The notes beneath the pieces are model-generated. The model saw only the letters and a program-made list of their open reading frames with translations, was not told the DNA's origin and did no database searches. Positions 11,428 to 24,316 of a DNA stretch of 64,000 bases are shown piece by piece. This DNA comes from Vermamoeba vermiformis. Taxonomy: Eukaryota. A program made the translations under genes and the position numbers. Numbering within the stretch: position 1 is the first letter of the stretch; each line of letters opens with the position of its first letter. Where the stretch lies: positions 62,001 through 126,000 of the forward strand of contig JBEWZL010000302.1 of the NCBI GenBank assembly GCA_045837725.1. The letters run 5' to 3'.

Positions 11428-12607
11428 ATGTCGGAAGAAAAGACAATACAAAGAAGACCCGTACAGCGTTCGGAAGATGAGGAGTTTTGTACTGAATGCT
11501 CCGATCGGCTCGTAAGAATGAAGTTCGCGCCTAAAAACGAAACTCCAAATATTTGCCCTACATGCAATGTTGATTTAAAATGGATGTACTCATGCAGCAC
11601 GTGCAAGCCAAACATTTGCGCCTTTTGCTGCGGCGAGTTTGAAATTTGAATAAATTTATTTATTAGCGCATTATTTCGTTTGTCATGGCACTATGAAGCA
11701 TACTTAGCATATTTATATGATTTATTATGTTTAAAAAATATTACAGTAATAGTCAGAGGGTAATGGATGCAGAACAATTTAACGCCACTTTGAATCTGTT
11801 TTGCCAGCAGTTTGCTGAGACATATTTAAAGAATTTCGAGCGAAATTATGGCTTACAGTGCTATGAATTATTATGCATTTATGTAAAGGAATGGTTTGCC
11901 GAGGACGACTCAGGTAAATTGTCAGATTTGACAGATTAATATTTAAAACACCTTGAATAATGGAAATATTAGTCTTACCCGCATTTTTAATAATTCTAAT
12001 AATTTCTTAAGCGTTAAGCGACCCTAGTTATGCGATTGACATAATGCGCCAGCATCTCGAGTTTTCAGTTATTGGTGCTGATGAAGATATTCTTACCGGT
12101 ACGTAATTCTAATAATGATTGGTTAAATAAACACGTTATACTTATTCAATACATGTCAGCACTTCGTTCAGAGGTGATCAAGAGACGGATTGCTCGGCTG
12201 TGCACGCGTGCTTACCAATTAGAGCAGGAGCTTTTAGACAATAACACTATGAGTACAGGTATAATATTATAGATTAGTGGTCTTTCGAGCAGTGCACTAA
12301 CAAACTAACTTAACTTGATCCAGATCGGGAGCACGCACTTCAACTGAAGCAAAAAGCGATCATACAAGAGGCTCAGCAGCTCGAACAAAACATTCAAGTA
12401 TGATAGCCCTATTAAAACTCCTAATAAGACGCGTGCTAATATTTTGTAGCAACTCGCATCCGTCGATCTCGTCTTGTCTCGGCAAGCTTACGAAAACTTA
12501 AGGATTATCAAAACATCAAATATGTGAGTCAGATGTCAATATCTACGCGAGCACGTGACGCTAATACATTTGGTGCTTTAGGATGGTATTTGGATTATCG
12601 TCTTTGA
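11428..12607 (+). CDS. Unknown protein with N-terminal Cys-rich (CxxC x4) zinc-binding region and helical/coiled-coil C-terminus; 3' end uncertain
   Basis: CTEC, CPTC, CSTC and CAFC in exon 1, followed by several short GT-AG-bounded coding-like exons. Confidence 0.5.
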
Positions 12608-12841
12608 GTCTTTGAGCCAGATCCAAACAAAACCAGTTCGCTGAACGAAGATTCTTCCAGTATACGGTATGGTATAATACACAAGGTCTTAGATAATTTT
12701 ATGTCAGCAAGTTCGACGAATTTAAAATAATCAAAGACCTGACGCGGTCTTAATTTAGACAAAGCTCTAAATTTCAATTCAACGGTTACATTTTCAGGAT
12801 ATACTAAAGATATTATTTAAACAGGAAAGTGAAGACAACAA

Positions 12842-14480
12842 ATGCGCTTCGAACTTTTGCATTTGCTTTTTGTTGGTCTTGCTGCCTTGGCCATAGCTGA
12901 TCAATGGGGTCTCGGCACAAATGGAGTGCATAGCAATCCAGTATTTAGATTTAAGCCAGAAATTCGTTGGTCATTTGATGGAAATGCAACCGCGGCTGGA
13001 TTTAACGGTACGCTTTTGTCTCGCATCTTTGAATAAAGTTTAAATTCAGAATTAAAATACTAGTGATTCCATTCTCTAATACAATAATATTTTAGGCATC
13101 ATTCCGTTGAATACTGACGAAAAGACTTTGTACATCTCGAACGGCTCGGGCAAGAATCCGGCGATCTGGAAGATGACTTGGGACGGAGAAATCGTGATGC
13201 AGTATAATTATACCGGAAAAGGTACTTTTGCCTTTGATGGAACAATTTCGGTTCGCAACGGCGTCATCTACATCTACAACGACGATAGCAACACTCTCCA
13301 ATTTTTCGCTATTGACGAAGCGAGCCAAACTATCTTATGGAATACTCCCGTAGACTCGACTGATTATTCATCTGGTCCTGTTGTATGGAGCCAAGACGAG
13401 ACCTATTTTGCCTTCGCTACGTACAGCCAAGTTGTGGCGCTGAATGCCAGCAACGGCGCACTTTTGTGGCAATATCCAATTAACTACGAGTTCAGCTCAC
13501 TGCCTATGATCTACTCTAAGCTCGACGACACGCTTGTGTGGATGACAAATACGCAAGAACTCATCAAAGTGGCCATGAAGACGGGAACCGAGATCTGGCG
13601 CAACACGGATCTGCAGTATGATCCTCAAAGCAGCCAGCCTCTTAGCGTTGCTATTGACGACGCCGGCAATATTTATGGAGGCACACCCTCGACTGCGCAG
13701 GTGTACAAGGTTGCCATGAACGGCACGATGTTGTGGGCAACAACGGTGGACTATCGTCTGGCCTACAGCTCTACCGTGCTCACTGCTGACTGGATATTCA
13801 TCATTGACAACTCACAAGGTGCTGTGTACTCGATCAATGCTGAGAATGGCACAGCTTACTTGGCCTACAATAACGAAGATCCAGACTCGGGCACGCACTG
13901 GAAGTGGATCACTGGCCAAGTATTCTGGAATCAAAACGTCCTCTACGGCAGTTTCCAAGGTGTCATTGCCGCCTACGACACGACTGATCCGTCCAACGTG
14001 AAGCAGTTGTGGACTATTGAGACTGGCGCGGGTGAAAGTACCCAGGGTGGCATTGCCATTGCTCCTGATGGCACGATGTTCTTGACGAGCACTATGTACG
14101 ACGCGAGCTGGCCGTTGTTGATCTCAGTTGGATGTCCTCTTGGCTTGCATTTGAAACCTGACGGCACTGAATGTGTGCAATGTTACGCGGGCTACGTGTT
14201 GAACATGACCACGCAGCAGTGCGACAAGTGTCCTCAAGGCACTTTCAGCAACGACGGTGACGCTCAATGTACTGCGTGTACCGAAGATCCGAACAATCCT
14301 CAATGTGTTCTTCCTCCTGTTGAGGTACCAGCTGTTAACGAACCCGTAGCTGATGTTCCTGTGGCCGCTGAAGTGCCTCTAACAGCGCCAGTTAAATCTC
14401 CTCTGAGCAAAACTAACTCCGCTAGCAAGATGATTGGATCTTTGGCTATCTCGTCATTGCTCCTTGCTACTACTATCTAA
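12842..14480 (+). CDS. Secreted/GPI-type protein: PQQ-like beta-propeller + Cys-rich repeat + Pro/Val stalk + hydrophobic tail
   Basis: Signal peptide MRFELLHLLFVGLAALAIA; repeats such as VVALNASNGALLWQY and TGTEIWR; CVQCYAGY..CDKCPQGTFS..CTAC; C-terminal SNSA+hydrophobic tail; one intron ~13008-13095. Confidence 0.8.
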
Positions 14481-14580
14481 ATATAAAATAAATTGTTTGC
14501 GTAGATTTTTAGGATCAACTTCTTGCAAAAACGTTTTTCAGTTGGAATTCAATTCAAATGGTAACAATGCTAACTTATTC

Positions 14581-15859
14581 ATGATGCTTCATATTGTGCA
14601 CCGATTGCCAATAACGACGGTTAGCGTAGTGCTGCTTTGCGTGTACAGTCTCGTGTCAATCGTTTTGCAACGGATCAAGCGACATTTTGCGCGAAAAATG
14701 TATGTAATATTATGATATGTTGTATAGATAATATTTAATAGTATGATCACCTAAAACAAGAGAGTTCAAGTCGTAACGAAGTTTACTTAATTTTGAAAGG
14801 TACTTTACAAATCATTATTAACCTTAAATATAGTGTACAGCATTCAATATTGCCTAGAGAATTATTAAACGAAATTTTGAATGAAGTATTGGCGGATTCA
14901 AGCACATCCGTGATTGACTTGACATCCCTGTCACTCGTTTGCCGAGAATGGAATGAAAAAATATCCAAACACGAGATTTGGTTTCATTATATGAATACGA
15001 AGTGGATAAATTTCAAACACAAAGCGCGCGACATCCAGCTCAACAAAATTTTTCGGTCAACGGCAGCAGTATTATCTCCGAAGCTTTCATATGCAGTTCT
15101 GAGATACAGAATGCCATTATACAATTATTATGCAAGTGGATCGGTGCTTCTTGGCGACATGGAATTTTTGGAATTTCCAGCAGATCTGATCCCGCTTCGT
15201 TCAAACAAAAATCTGTGGGTCCCATGGCTCAATCACAATATCACCAAGCGACCAGAGACATTATGGAAGTTTCTATATTCAATAATAAGGCATCCTAAGT
15301 GGATTTATCCGTTACTGGCTTATCGAACCCCGGATGCCACTCACAAACACGACTTGGATCCGCTCGCTGTCACTCAAATCGATAAATTACTATTATATAT
15401 AGCAGTACGTATATTATTACACTATTAATCAGCATTTAATACTTACTCGATCAGATCTTGTTCAATTTCATGCCGTGGCTCGATCACGTGCTTATTGTCA
15501 AATTATCACGTGGCTTCGAACAATTCATGAACGGAAATTCAGCGTGGTACGATTACTTCCAATTATGGAAATATCCGGAGATGTCCACCGTTGCATGCCT
15601 GCAAACATTAACAGCTGCAACATCTTTGCAGGCCTTTGAAAGTTCATTTTTCAACGCGTCATTGATGACTATTCGAGTCGTTATGGTGGCTATTAGTGTG
15701 ACTACGGGCGACATGATGGCACTTTTAATTTTCTTTGTACTTGTCATACTGTCGATTGTAGTCCACGCACAAACCGATACTTTTGCGAAACGGCTCTATT
15801 GGGCCCGAGTGTGGCTAAGTGTTGGTTTATTTCCTGTAATTTGGTGCGCAATTATGTAA
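14581..15859 (+). CDS. Membrane-anchored F-box-like protein with polytopic C-terminus (paralog of 52014-53498)
   Basis: Exon 1 (14581-14699) encodes TM RLPITTVSVVLLCVYSLV. Exon 2 from 14834 encodes ILPRELLNEIL...LSLVCREWNEKI...IW, then WVPWLNHNI. The last exon is hydrophobic. Confidence 0.7.
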
Positions 15860-16689
15860 ATGATGCTCTGTAAAAGGTTACTCGTATAAAAACATTTTAT
15901 TCCCCGCTCCAGGTTTGATTGTTTGGATTAAATTATAAACCTTTTTTTGTATTGGGGCGCCGGCCTGTGGGTTTTTTTATTGGCCTGTTGGGGGGGGGGG
16001 GGGGGGGGGGGGGAAAAAAAAATAGCATTTGTATAATATAATACAAGGCATAAGAAAGAGGTCGAATAGAATTCGCAGCTTAGCGGTTGGAATGGGATCG
16101 AGATCCTCCTTCAACTTTTAATGCGAAATCTTTTCGCTTATTTGGTTGGCAAGAATATATTCGGGAGTATATTATGCCTTTTAGATATTGATATGGAAAT
16201 TTTAGTCCACTGTGTGATTCTAAGCCGAATATCTTCGCCCGCTCGCGATGAACTAATTACAATTTATACCAATGCGAAATCTCACAAGCGGGATGTTGCG
16301 GTCTTTCCTTATCCGCTATCACGAACGAAATCTCGATAATTTTTATCGTATTACACCTCGCATCCAAGTCTTCGATGACATCGAGCGGACCAAATACTTG
16401 CTAGTTGACTTGGCTATGCAGCAACAGGGGCCTTTCTTGACGATTCTCCTTCTTAATTTGCCGAAGATGTTGTACTTGCCGTTCTGTAAGCACTCTGCGA
16501 CGACGATGTAAGTTGTAGTTCATTGTTCCTGTGCTGTTATAAGTCGTTACTTATAGATAATGGTCACTACAGCTTCTTATTTATATTTTCCTATGATATA
16601 CTTCGGTGCTATTTCCCGACGGGCAAAAATAAAATTTTAACCAGTCCGGTTGTACAGACTTTTTACTTCATTTAATCCAATAGAAGACA

Positions 16690-19600
16690 ATGCACCAGTC
16701 TTTACAGTGTTTGGTTATCTTATTAGTGTTGTGTTTTGGCTTATCTTACGGCCAACAACAGCTTTCCGTCTTCGTGGCAGTGGAAGGTGGATCGGATGTG
16801 ACTGGCGATGGAACAATGGGCAGTCCTCTCCAAACAATTACTGCCGCACAAAATTATATTAGAAATAATATAACAAAGTCTGCTTATTCAGGTAAATTTT
16901 AACGAAGATTTTCTAGTTGGGGTTATTCACGCCAATTTGTTGCGTGTTTTGCGATTTTGCGGTTTGTTGGTTTTTGCGATGAAGTTTGTCACAAAATATT
17001 TTTTTTTGTCCTCGCTCGTAATTGACGCATCGACCACAACTGCTTCCTAACAGTCGCAGATTTAATGCGTTATCTTAACGGGTACGCGTGCACCCTTTAA
17101 CGAGGATGCTTGGTCTTTAACGAGATCTTTAAATTTGAGCTTAACCGCTCCGGCTTAATTGCCCTGGCCTAATAGCCTCTCTTAACGGAGAAATCCCATT
17201 AACGTGGGCTTGTCTTAATGGACTATCCTTAACGGGAAAAACCTTTAACGAGGTCTTCAAATGAATCCGGATTAATTTTTAATTGTCAGATTAAATGTTT
17301 TTTCAGTTTTTAAATTATATAAAAACATATATATAATTGTTTGATGACGTGCACGCAAAATTGCGGTTTTTCAACCGCCTCCACTAAAGAAATTTATCAA
17401 TGGGTCTACGATCCAGCAGAATTCAAAGAAAATAAACCACAAAATACGTTTTTGCTAAAATTTTCGCATTTGTGAGATTTTTTTGTGGTTTGCTAGCAAA
17501 ATTGACGTGAATAACCCCAAGTAGCGCGTAGATTCGGTTTAGTTTTTCAGTTTCAATCACATTTTTGAAACTATTACTAGGCACCATGGAAATATATGTT
17601 AACGTAATTGATATGACTAGTACTATTGATGCTAATATTTACTTTTAAAAGATATTTTCGTCGAGATCAGAGCCGGTTTATACTTTATTTCGTCTCCGCT
17701 CGCTTTCACCGCGGATGACTCAGGCACTGTGACTACTCGCATTACATATAGGTAACTATAAAGCGATTTCTTCACGTATGAGCTGCGCACGAATCACAAT
17801 TGAATTAATTTCCGAAATTAGCATTTATTTATCGATATAATCTGAGGTATTAGCCTTTATATAATCTTGACATTAATATACTTGACTTTATAGGGCTTAT
17901 AACGGCGAAGAAGTTCGTTTAATCGGAGGTACAACCATTGGCGGTTGGACATCCGTCACCGAAACTGCAATCCTAAATCGCCTGCACGATTCTGCTAAGG
18001 CGAATGTACGGTAGTACTACATCTATAGAATAGTATTAACTAATTATCCAATTCAGGTTATCGTGGCGTCACTCGGTTCGTTAGATCCTGGAGTTTTGAT
18101 GAGAAGAGGATTTGGCGCTAGCGGAGGGTATGCAGCCATGGAATTATTCTTTAAAACTGAGCCTATGATTATGGCACGATATCCTAATAGCGTAAGTAGT
18201 CTTATTAAAACACTTTTGTCCAAGTTCCGAATCTGATCTCGTTTACATCCAGGATTTTCTCAAATTATCTGCCTTCGATAGCAACACAAATACTGTATCG
18301 TTTGATAGTAAGACTAATAACGTCGCAAATTGGCAATTAGAATCCGATCCTTGGGCTTTTGGCTTCTGGTTTTACGATTGGGCAGATGAGTAAGTGACAT
18401 TTTTGACACTTTGACACGTGTCAAACTTTAATTAACCGGTATAAATGCAGCTTTATCCCGATCAAGCAGATTACAAGTCTCGGAGGCACGAATGTGTCAT
18501 TTGTGGCTAATGCTCAAACGAGTTATGGTTTTGCAGTCAATCAACGATTTTATTTGCAAAACTTTTTGTCCGAACTTGACGCCCCTGGCGAGTACTACAT
18601 TGATCGCAACAACTCGAAGATCTATTTTTGGCCTACTTCTACTGACTACACTCAAAATGACTTCATCATTTCAACCACAAACAACGTTTTGACTTTGACG
18701 AACGTCGCGTACTTCACTTTGCAAGGCCTCACTATTGAAGCTTCAAGAAAAGATGTAATTATTTAACTGCCCAAAAAAATACCAAAATTAATTCTTTCCT
18801 CATTAGGGCATTGTCGGATCCAACCTCCGAAACGTAAGTTCATTACCAACCTGAAAAATTTTCTGAAAATGAATAACGATGGCATCAATAGGTCACTTTT
18901 ACTGACCTTACTGTTCGTAACTTGGGCACGCACGCGATGAACTTGGGGGGTCCCGAGAACATTCTCGTTGAGCGATGCACTGTCAGCGGTCCCGGAAACT
19001 CCGGAATTAGATTGAGCGGAGGAATCCGTGCCAATCTCACTCGATCCAGTAAGTTTCCTTATATGGTAATCAAAGCTTATCTAACGTACAACACAGACCA
19101 CGTGGCTCGTAACAACGTCGTAAAAAATTTCAGTCGTTTTGCGAAAACTTATCAACCTGCTTTTAACGTCGCTGGTGTTGGTATTACTATCGAACATAAT
19201 GAAATGTATAATGGTCCTCATACTGCTTTGCTTTGGAGCGGAAACTATCACACGATGCAGTACAACATTGTTCACGATGTACTTGCCCTACTTTGACCCA
19301 TCTTTTGAACGCTATATTAAATTTAAATATATATGCAGGTATGCACTGAGACAGGAGACGTCGGCGCCTTTTATTCAGGACGTGATTGGACTCTACGTGG
19401 AAACGTCATTAAGCACAATTTGTTCTAGTAAGTCAGATCCGACGTCATCTCAAAAATTAGAAATTTCGTTCTAACGGTCATTTTATTCAGTAATATTATT
19501 GGCCCTGGTAACCTTGGTGCATCTGGCGTATATTTCGACGATCAATATAGCTCTGGTTCGATCTACGGAAATATTTTTTACAACGTCTACCGAGTATGTT

Positions 19601-20315
19601 TGCAACTATTTTTCTCCGTGTGAATATCTCGTTTAATCTCCCATATAGGGAATTCTTCTCGGAGGTGGCAGGGACAGTGAAATTTTCAATAATATCTTTA
19701 TTGGATCTTCCTACGCTATTCACGTCGATGCTCGCGGATACCATGTGTGCGGACCTACCAACAACGACACTCTGATGAACAATCTCAACGCTGTGCCTTA
19801 TCAATCTGACTTATGGCGTAATGCTTTCCCTACTCTATATACTATTCTTGATGTAAGTCAAAAACTCACCTAATTTCAGTGAACAATTTTTTTAATTGTT
19901 TTTTTTTTCTAAGAACGATCCGCAAGCCCCGAACGGAAACCGAATTGGCACAAACATTTTCGTTAATAATACCCGCAATAATTTTTTGTGCGGATCTTTC
20001 AACTACACCGGTCACGTGGAGTTCGTCGAATCGTGCGTCAATTTGACAGCAAGTGACTTTACAAATGTCGCCGGACTTGATTTCCATTTGCAGTCTGATG
20101 TCATTACAGCCAAATGCGGTAGTTCATTTGCATCTGCATTCACTCAGATCCCCTTGGACAATATCGGAGTGGCTCCTCTGCCGTCAGATCCGGCCTCATC
20201 ACCCAACGGCAATCCGAACAATAGCACTCCAAAAACAGTATCTCAAGCCAATAACAACCCCATTGAAAGCGTTGTTTTATTGACGGTTTTGGCAGTGTTA
20301 GCCGTTGCTGCTTAA
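16690..20315 (+). CDS. Secreted/GPI-type right-handed parallel beta-helix protein (pectin-lyase fold, bacterial-like carbohydrate-active candidate)
   Basis: Signal peptide; GSD..GDGT..SPLQTITAAQ, ARYPN, GFWFYDWAD, RFYLQNFLSELDAPGEYYIDR, ETGDVGAFYSGRDWTLRGN, GVYFDDQYS, LLGGGRD; hydrophobic C-terminus; many introns. Confidence 0.8.
16918..17519. mobile_element. Non-autonomous TIR element (~600 bp) in intron 1 of the beta-helix gene, 3-bp TSD AGT
   Basis: Left end TGGGGTTATTCACGCCAATTT and right end AAATTGACGTGAATAACCCCA (1 mismatch). AGT occurs at 16915-17 and 17520-22. Subterminal TTTTGYGGTTT motifs are present. Confidence 0.8.
17071..17254 (+). repeat. Array of 11 short stem-loops with conserved TTAACG-type hexaloop
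   Basis: Loops at 17075, 17097, 17117, 17141, 17155, 17169, 17182, 17199, 17215, 17229 and 17245. Stems: tatc/ggta, cct/agg, ggtct/agatc, gagc/gctc, ggc/gcc, ggc/gcc, tctc/gaga, ccca/tggg, gtc/gac, tcc/gga, acct/aggt. Confidence 0.9.
18412..18423. repeat. Dispersed palindrome TGACACGTGTCA (first of 11 copies)
   Basis: Copies at 18412, 20346, 22566, 24500, 24543, 34120, 44738, 46913, 47070, 61866 and 63184, all non-coding. Confidence 0.9.
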
Positions 20316-20506
20316 GCATTAAAATAAATTGACACTTTGACACTTTGACACGTGTCATTTTCCCGTGACATCTGCATTATCTATGCAAACTACAATAAAA
20401 AACCTACCTATGTTTCCTACGGGCCGTAGAAACGCAAGCCTTGCTAGCTACTTTAAGTTTGACTATGACACGCAGCGATCAGTTTAAAGGCGAAGTATTA
20501 CAAGAC

Positions 20507-22344
20507 TTATTGTTTATTCACGAAGGAATAACAGAATGGCAGCTTATTCGAAATTTCCTGCGCCAACATTTGTCTGCTCGGCTCTGTTTTCAAATTAACG
20601 CATTGCAATCGCGACAGTGTTGTCAAGCATTCAAGTGATTGGCTGCTACTACTTTCAACTTCCAAATAAGTCAATTGTTGAAGCGTAGTGAGGTTTGTTA
20701 TATCTCCGGGGTGATATTCTTGAAGCACGTTCAGTTCGCGTAGTTTTGTCAGATGTGCCAGATCCGACCAATTTTTCAGCGCTTTAAATTTTCTGATAGT
20801 GTATTTGAACCTTAATTTCGTTAAATTCGTCAATGTTGATAATCCACTGATTTTTACTGACTGTTTCAGCATTCCACATCCGTTTTCAATCTCGAGCAAT
20901 TGCAAGCTCGTTAACTTTGAAACTATAATCTTATTCAAATATTCTGTTATTCTTAATGCTGTTAGATGCTGCAAATTTTCATATCTCATCGTTTCTTCTG
21001 GATTTCTCCTTGAGTAATTGCGGAGACTTAAATCGACCAAATTTGTCAATTGATATAGCAATCGCCCAATTAATTGACCATAAGGTGCTGTATAGGTCAA
21101 GTGCAATTTTGTTAAGAAGGGCAGTGTGAGATCTAAAAGTGGTACCAAATTATTGATCGTCAATGTCAGATCTGCGAGTCTGGTGAAATTGACGAGCTTT
21201 GGAAAGTTGTCTTGAGTAGCTGTTATTTGTAATTGTCTTATTTTCTCCGAATTTAAATAATTCAAAATTGTTTGGTTGCAAGATGCGTCGTTGATCTCGC
21301 AAGATTCCAATGACAATAACGCTGCTCTATTATTCTCTGGCAACTCGATCTTTTGGCATTTTAATTTCTTCAAATATGTTAAATTACTCGTAATTATTGT
21401 AGGTTCTGGGTTGGTCGTAAGAATTTGCAAGTTTGTCAGATTTGATCCGTAAAGAGATGGAAGGATGACGTTGGTTACTAACTTTTCCAAATTTGGTAAT
21501 TGCGTTGAGATCTTTATGTTGTGGTTTAAAAATGGTCCTGGGTGACGTATTTCGAGTTTTTTGAGGTTTGGAAACGCGTTGAATAAACTATCATCAACTG
21601 TCGATACTTTAAGCTCTGTCACTCGAGTTTTTATTTCACTGACTGTCGATTGAAATGAAAATCCATCAAAGTTTAGTGATTCTAATGAACTTGGTGGAAA
21701 TTGCTCGGTGGATCGGATAATTTTTGATGTTTTTAGTCTCGTCAAATTTGTCAAGTTTGCGCTGATCGATTCCCTAATTGGATGCATCGTTGTTAATGCT
21801 TGCAAATTAGTCATTTTTTTGGGCAGGTTAAAGCCAAAAAGACGCAGGTCTAACGACGTTAATTGCGTCAGTTTTTTTATCGTTTGTTTGATCTGCTTAG
21901 CTGTCAGTAAATTGGCATTTAATAATGACTCATTGTTAGCATGGCTTAATTTAGTAAGTTTAAAACCAATAGGCTTTTCATATCGGCTGAAAATACGATA
22001 AAATTCGTCTGCTTCAGATGCAAGCAAAACTCCGATGTCGAACTCGTTGTAATTGATAATATCAAACCACAATCGACAAACTAGCCTTATGTGACGTCGT
22101 TGGTAGTCGTTGGTGATGTATGAAAGGAACTGGTGGTGAACTTCGGGGGGAAGATCTGAAAATAAAATAAATTCCTGTTCAAAAAATGTATTATTAGTTT
22201 CACATATATATACGACATTACTACTTCACATACCTTAGTCTCATTGATATTAGCAATTTTAATTTTTTTGCTGGGTGGATTTGGGTCCTCGTTTCCCACC
22301 TGATCTATTTTCCGTTTCGCAGGAGTTGCGTGGAGCTCTTCCAT
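20507..22344 (-). CDS. F-box/leucine-rich-repeat protein with bipartite NLS
   Basis: Exon 1 has KRK...PPSKKIK. Exon 2 has FSDLPPEVHHQFLSY...IRLVCRLWFDII, followed by LxxLxxLxxL repeats. Confidence 0.8.
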
Positions 22345-22636
22345 ATAATATATACTATCAATATTATGGTATTACAATGCGGATTTAATATCAAAATAAA
22401 AAAAACTGTTGTTGCAAAATAGGACCAAAGAAAACGCTACGAAATTTCTTCACAAAGGTTATTCAGAATTAGATCGCATTCTCTATTTATTATTAGACTA
22501 TACTACTATATATTGAAAGAAAAGCAAACCCAGAAAGTGATGTTAGGTTGCCCTGATCTGAAGTTTGACACGTGTCAAAGATTTTTCGTTTTCGGTCATT
22601 ACAGCATTTCTGTCCTACAATTAGCTGTTATACAAT

Positions 22637-24242
22637 ATGTTATTTAAAGTCGTATTTGCTGCCGTCGTTCTTATTATTTTCAACATCCAACTCGTTGCGG
22701 CTCAAACTGTGGATGCAGGTGCGTAACAGAAAACATTCTTATATGTTTAAATATGCCACAAAATGAAATGGCTAAAGCATATCGTGATATTGCTAATTTA
22801 GCTGCATCATATTGAAAATAAAATATTAATTAATTTTATTTAGCCCAACTTGACTTCAGAGCCTCTGCACCGGTAAATATTTTGCGCTATTAAAATTGAT
22901 TAAATTCATTAAGCCATTTGATAGTCATATCAAGCGTAATTAATCAATTATTGTTGCGCATCAATATTTTATACTTTTAATAACCATTTCTGAATTAAAT
23001 AGCCAGCTCTGGGCATGATTTCAATTGCATTGGCTGCAGCAGCGATAATTTATTTCGGTAGATCCAGCGGGATCGAATTTCTTTCCGATTTCAATCAAGA
23101 AAGAAGACTTGCGATCCATAAAGTGACTTTATACGCCACATACGGATATTTAACGGTAATTATTGAAAAATTATATCGTTAGAAAAGGATAATTTTCGTA
23201 TTAAGGATACTGTTACCTTCTTGAAATTTCTCGCCAATCACGTGATTTTATATGAAATAGCGAAAGAAAATTAATTCATGCTTGCTTAAAACGCATCCGT
23301 TTTTTTTTTCGGTTTGGTCATATAATTAAACAAACCAAATTCTACTAAACGGTGCTAATTAAAAGCAAAAAGGAACCTTTTTTCTCGCTTTTTCACACGG
23401 TAAACGGGAGATTACAATTGAGATATAACAGTATCCTTAATCGAATACGACGGAAATTATTGCTTTCAGATCTGTTTTCCGTGATCTAACTTATTTTTTC
23501 TTAGTTGGCAGCCGTATTTATGTTTTATAGCATTGCTTGGGTCGAAGCTTATATGCTTGCGTTCTTGTCCTTATTCACTTTCTATCACGTCTGGATCCAA
23601 GATCGCAGAGGAATTTTAATCGTACGTTCAAGCTTGCCTTTCAGTAAATATAACATAATAATATTTTTAGGGTATTATTACTGGAGTTTTCTTAGAATTT
23701 GTTATTACTGGCAAGCTTGCCTTGTTCGGGTTCAACCACAATCTCGCCGATTTCAACACCATCGAGTAAGACTGATAAAATTGCTAAAATCGAAGAGTAT
23801 ACTAATTTAAAAATATAGGTGCTATAGCTACTATTATGGAACTTATATTGGTCAGTCGGGACGCTGCGATCCAAAAGGATATTTGAACTTTTTAAGATTG
23901 CTTGGCTTGGCTGCCATAATCATTCAAGTAAGAAAAATAATCATATATGTGTATATATTAATATTAATAATATAGCCTATTGCTATCTACTTTGCGTACT
24001 CTTTGTACGAAATGTTGAGCAACAGATCCGATGCTGGTACGTCACTTTGCAAAACTCGGTCATGATTGTAAATATAATTATAGCATATACTAATATATCA
24101 ATATATAGTACGTGCCGGCTACTCTAGTTTCCGCGATGAGGCTTCAAATCACGCGCAACCTGAAGAGCGAAGCAGCAGCCCAAACCCACCCGTCCAAACT
24201 TCTTCCACGTACCAGTCCTATCAAGTCATTGAAGAGCCCTAA
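22637..24242 (+). CDS. Signal-peptide, multi-pass membrane protein of unknown function
   Basis: MLFKVVFAAVVLIIFNIQLVAAQ followed by several hydrophobic exons; ends SSTYQSYQVIEEP*. Confidence 0.65.
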
Positions 24243-24316
24243 AAATAACAGCAGTATTGTTTTGGATAAATCTCTCGTTTAGATATATTTACAAAGGCTG
24301 GGCGTTTTTTTTTCAA

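Noticed and set aside
15895-16022. Poly-G tract as a G-quadruplex or telomere-like signal
   Set aside because: Surrounded by inflated T/G/A homopolymers; most likely low-quality consensus.
16060-16520. Short ORFs on both strands between two genes
   Set aside because: No consistent spliced frame or recognisable motif.
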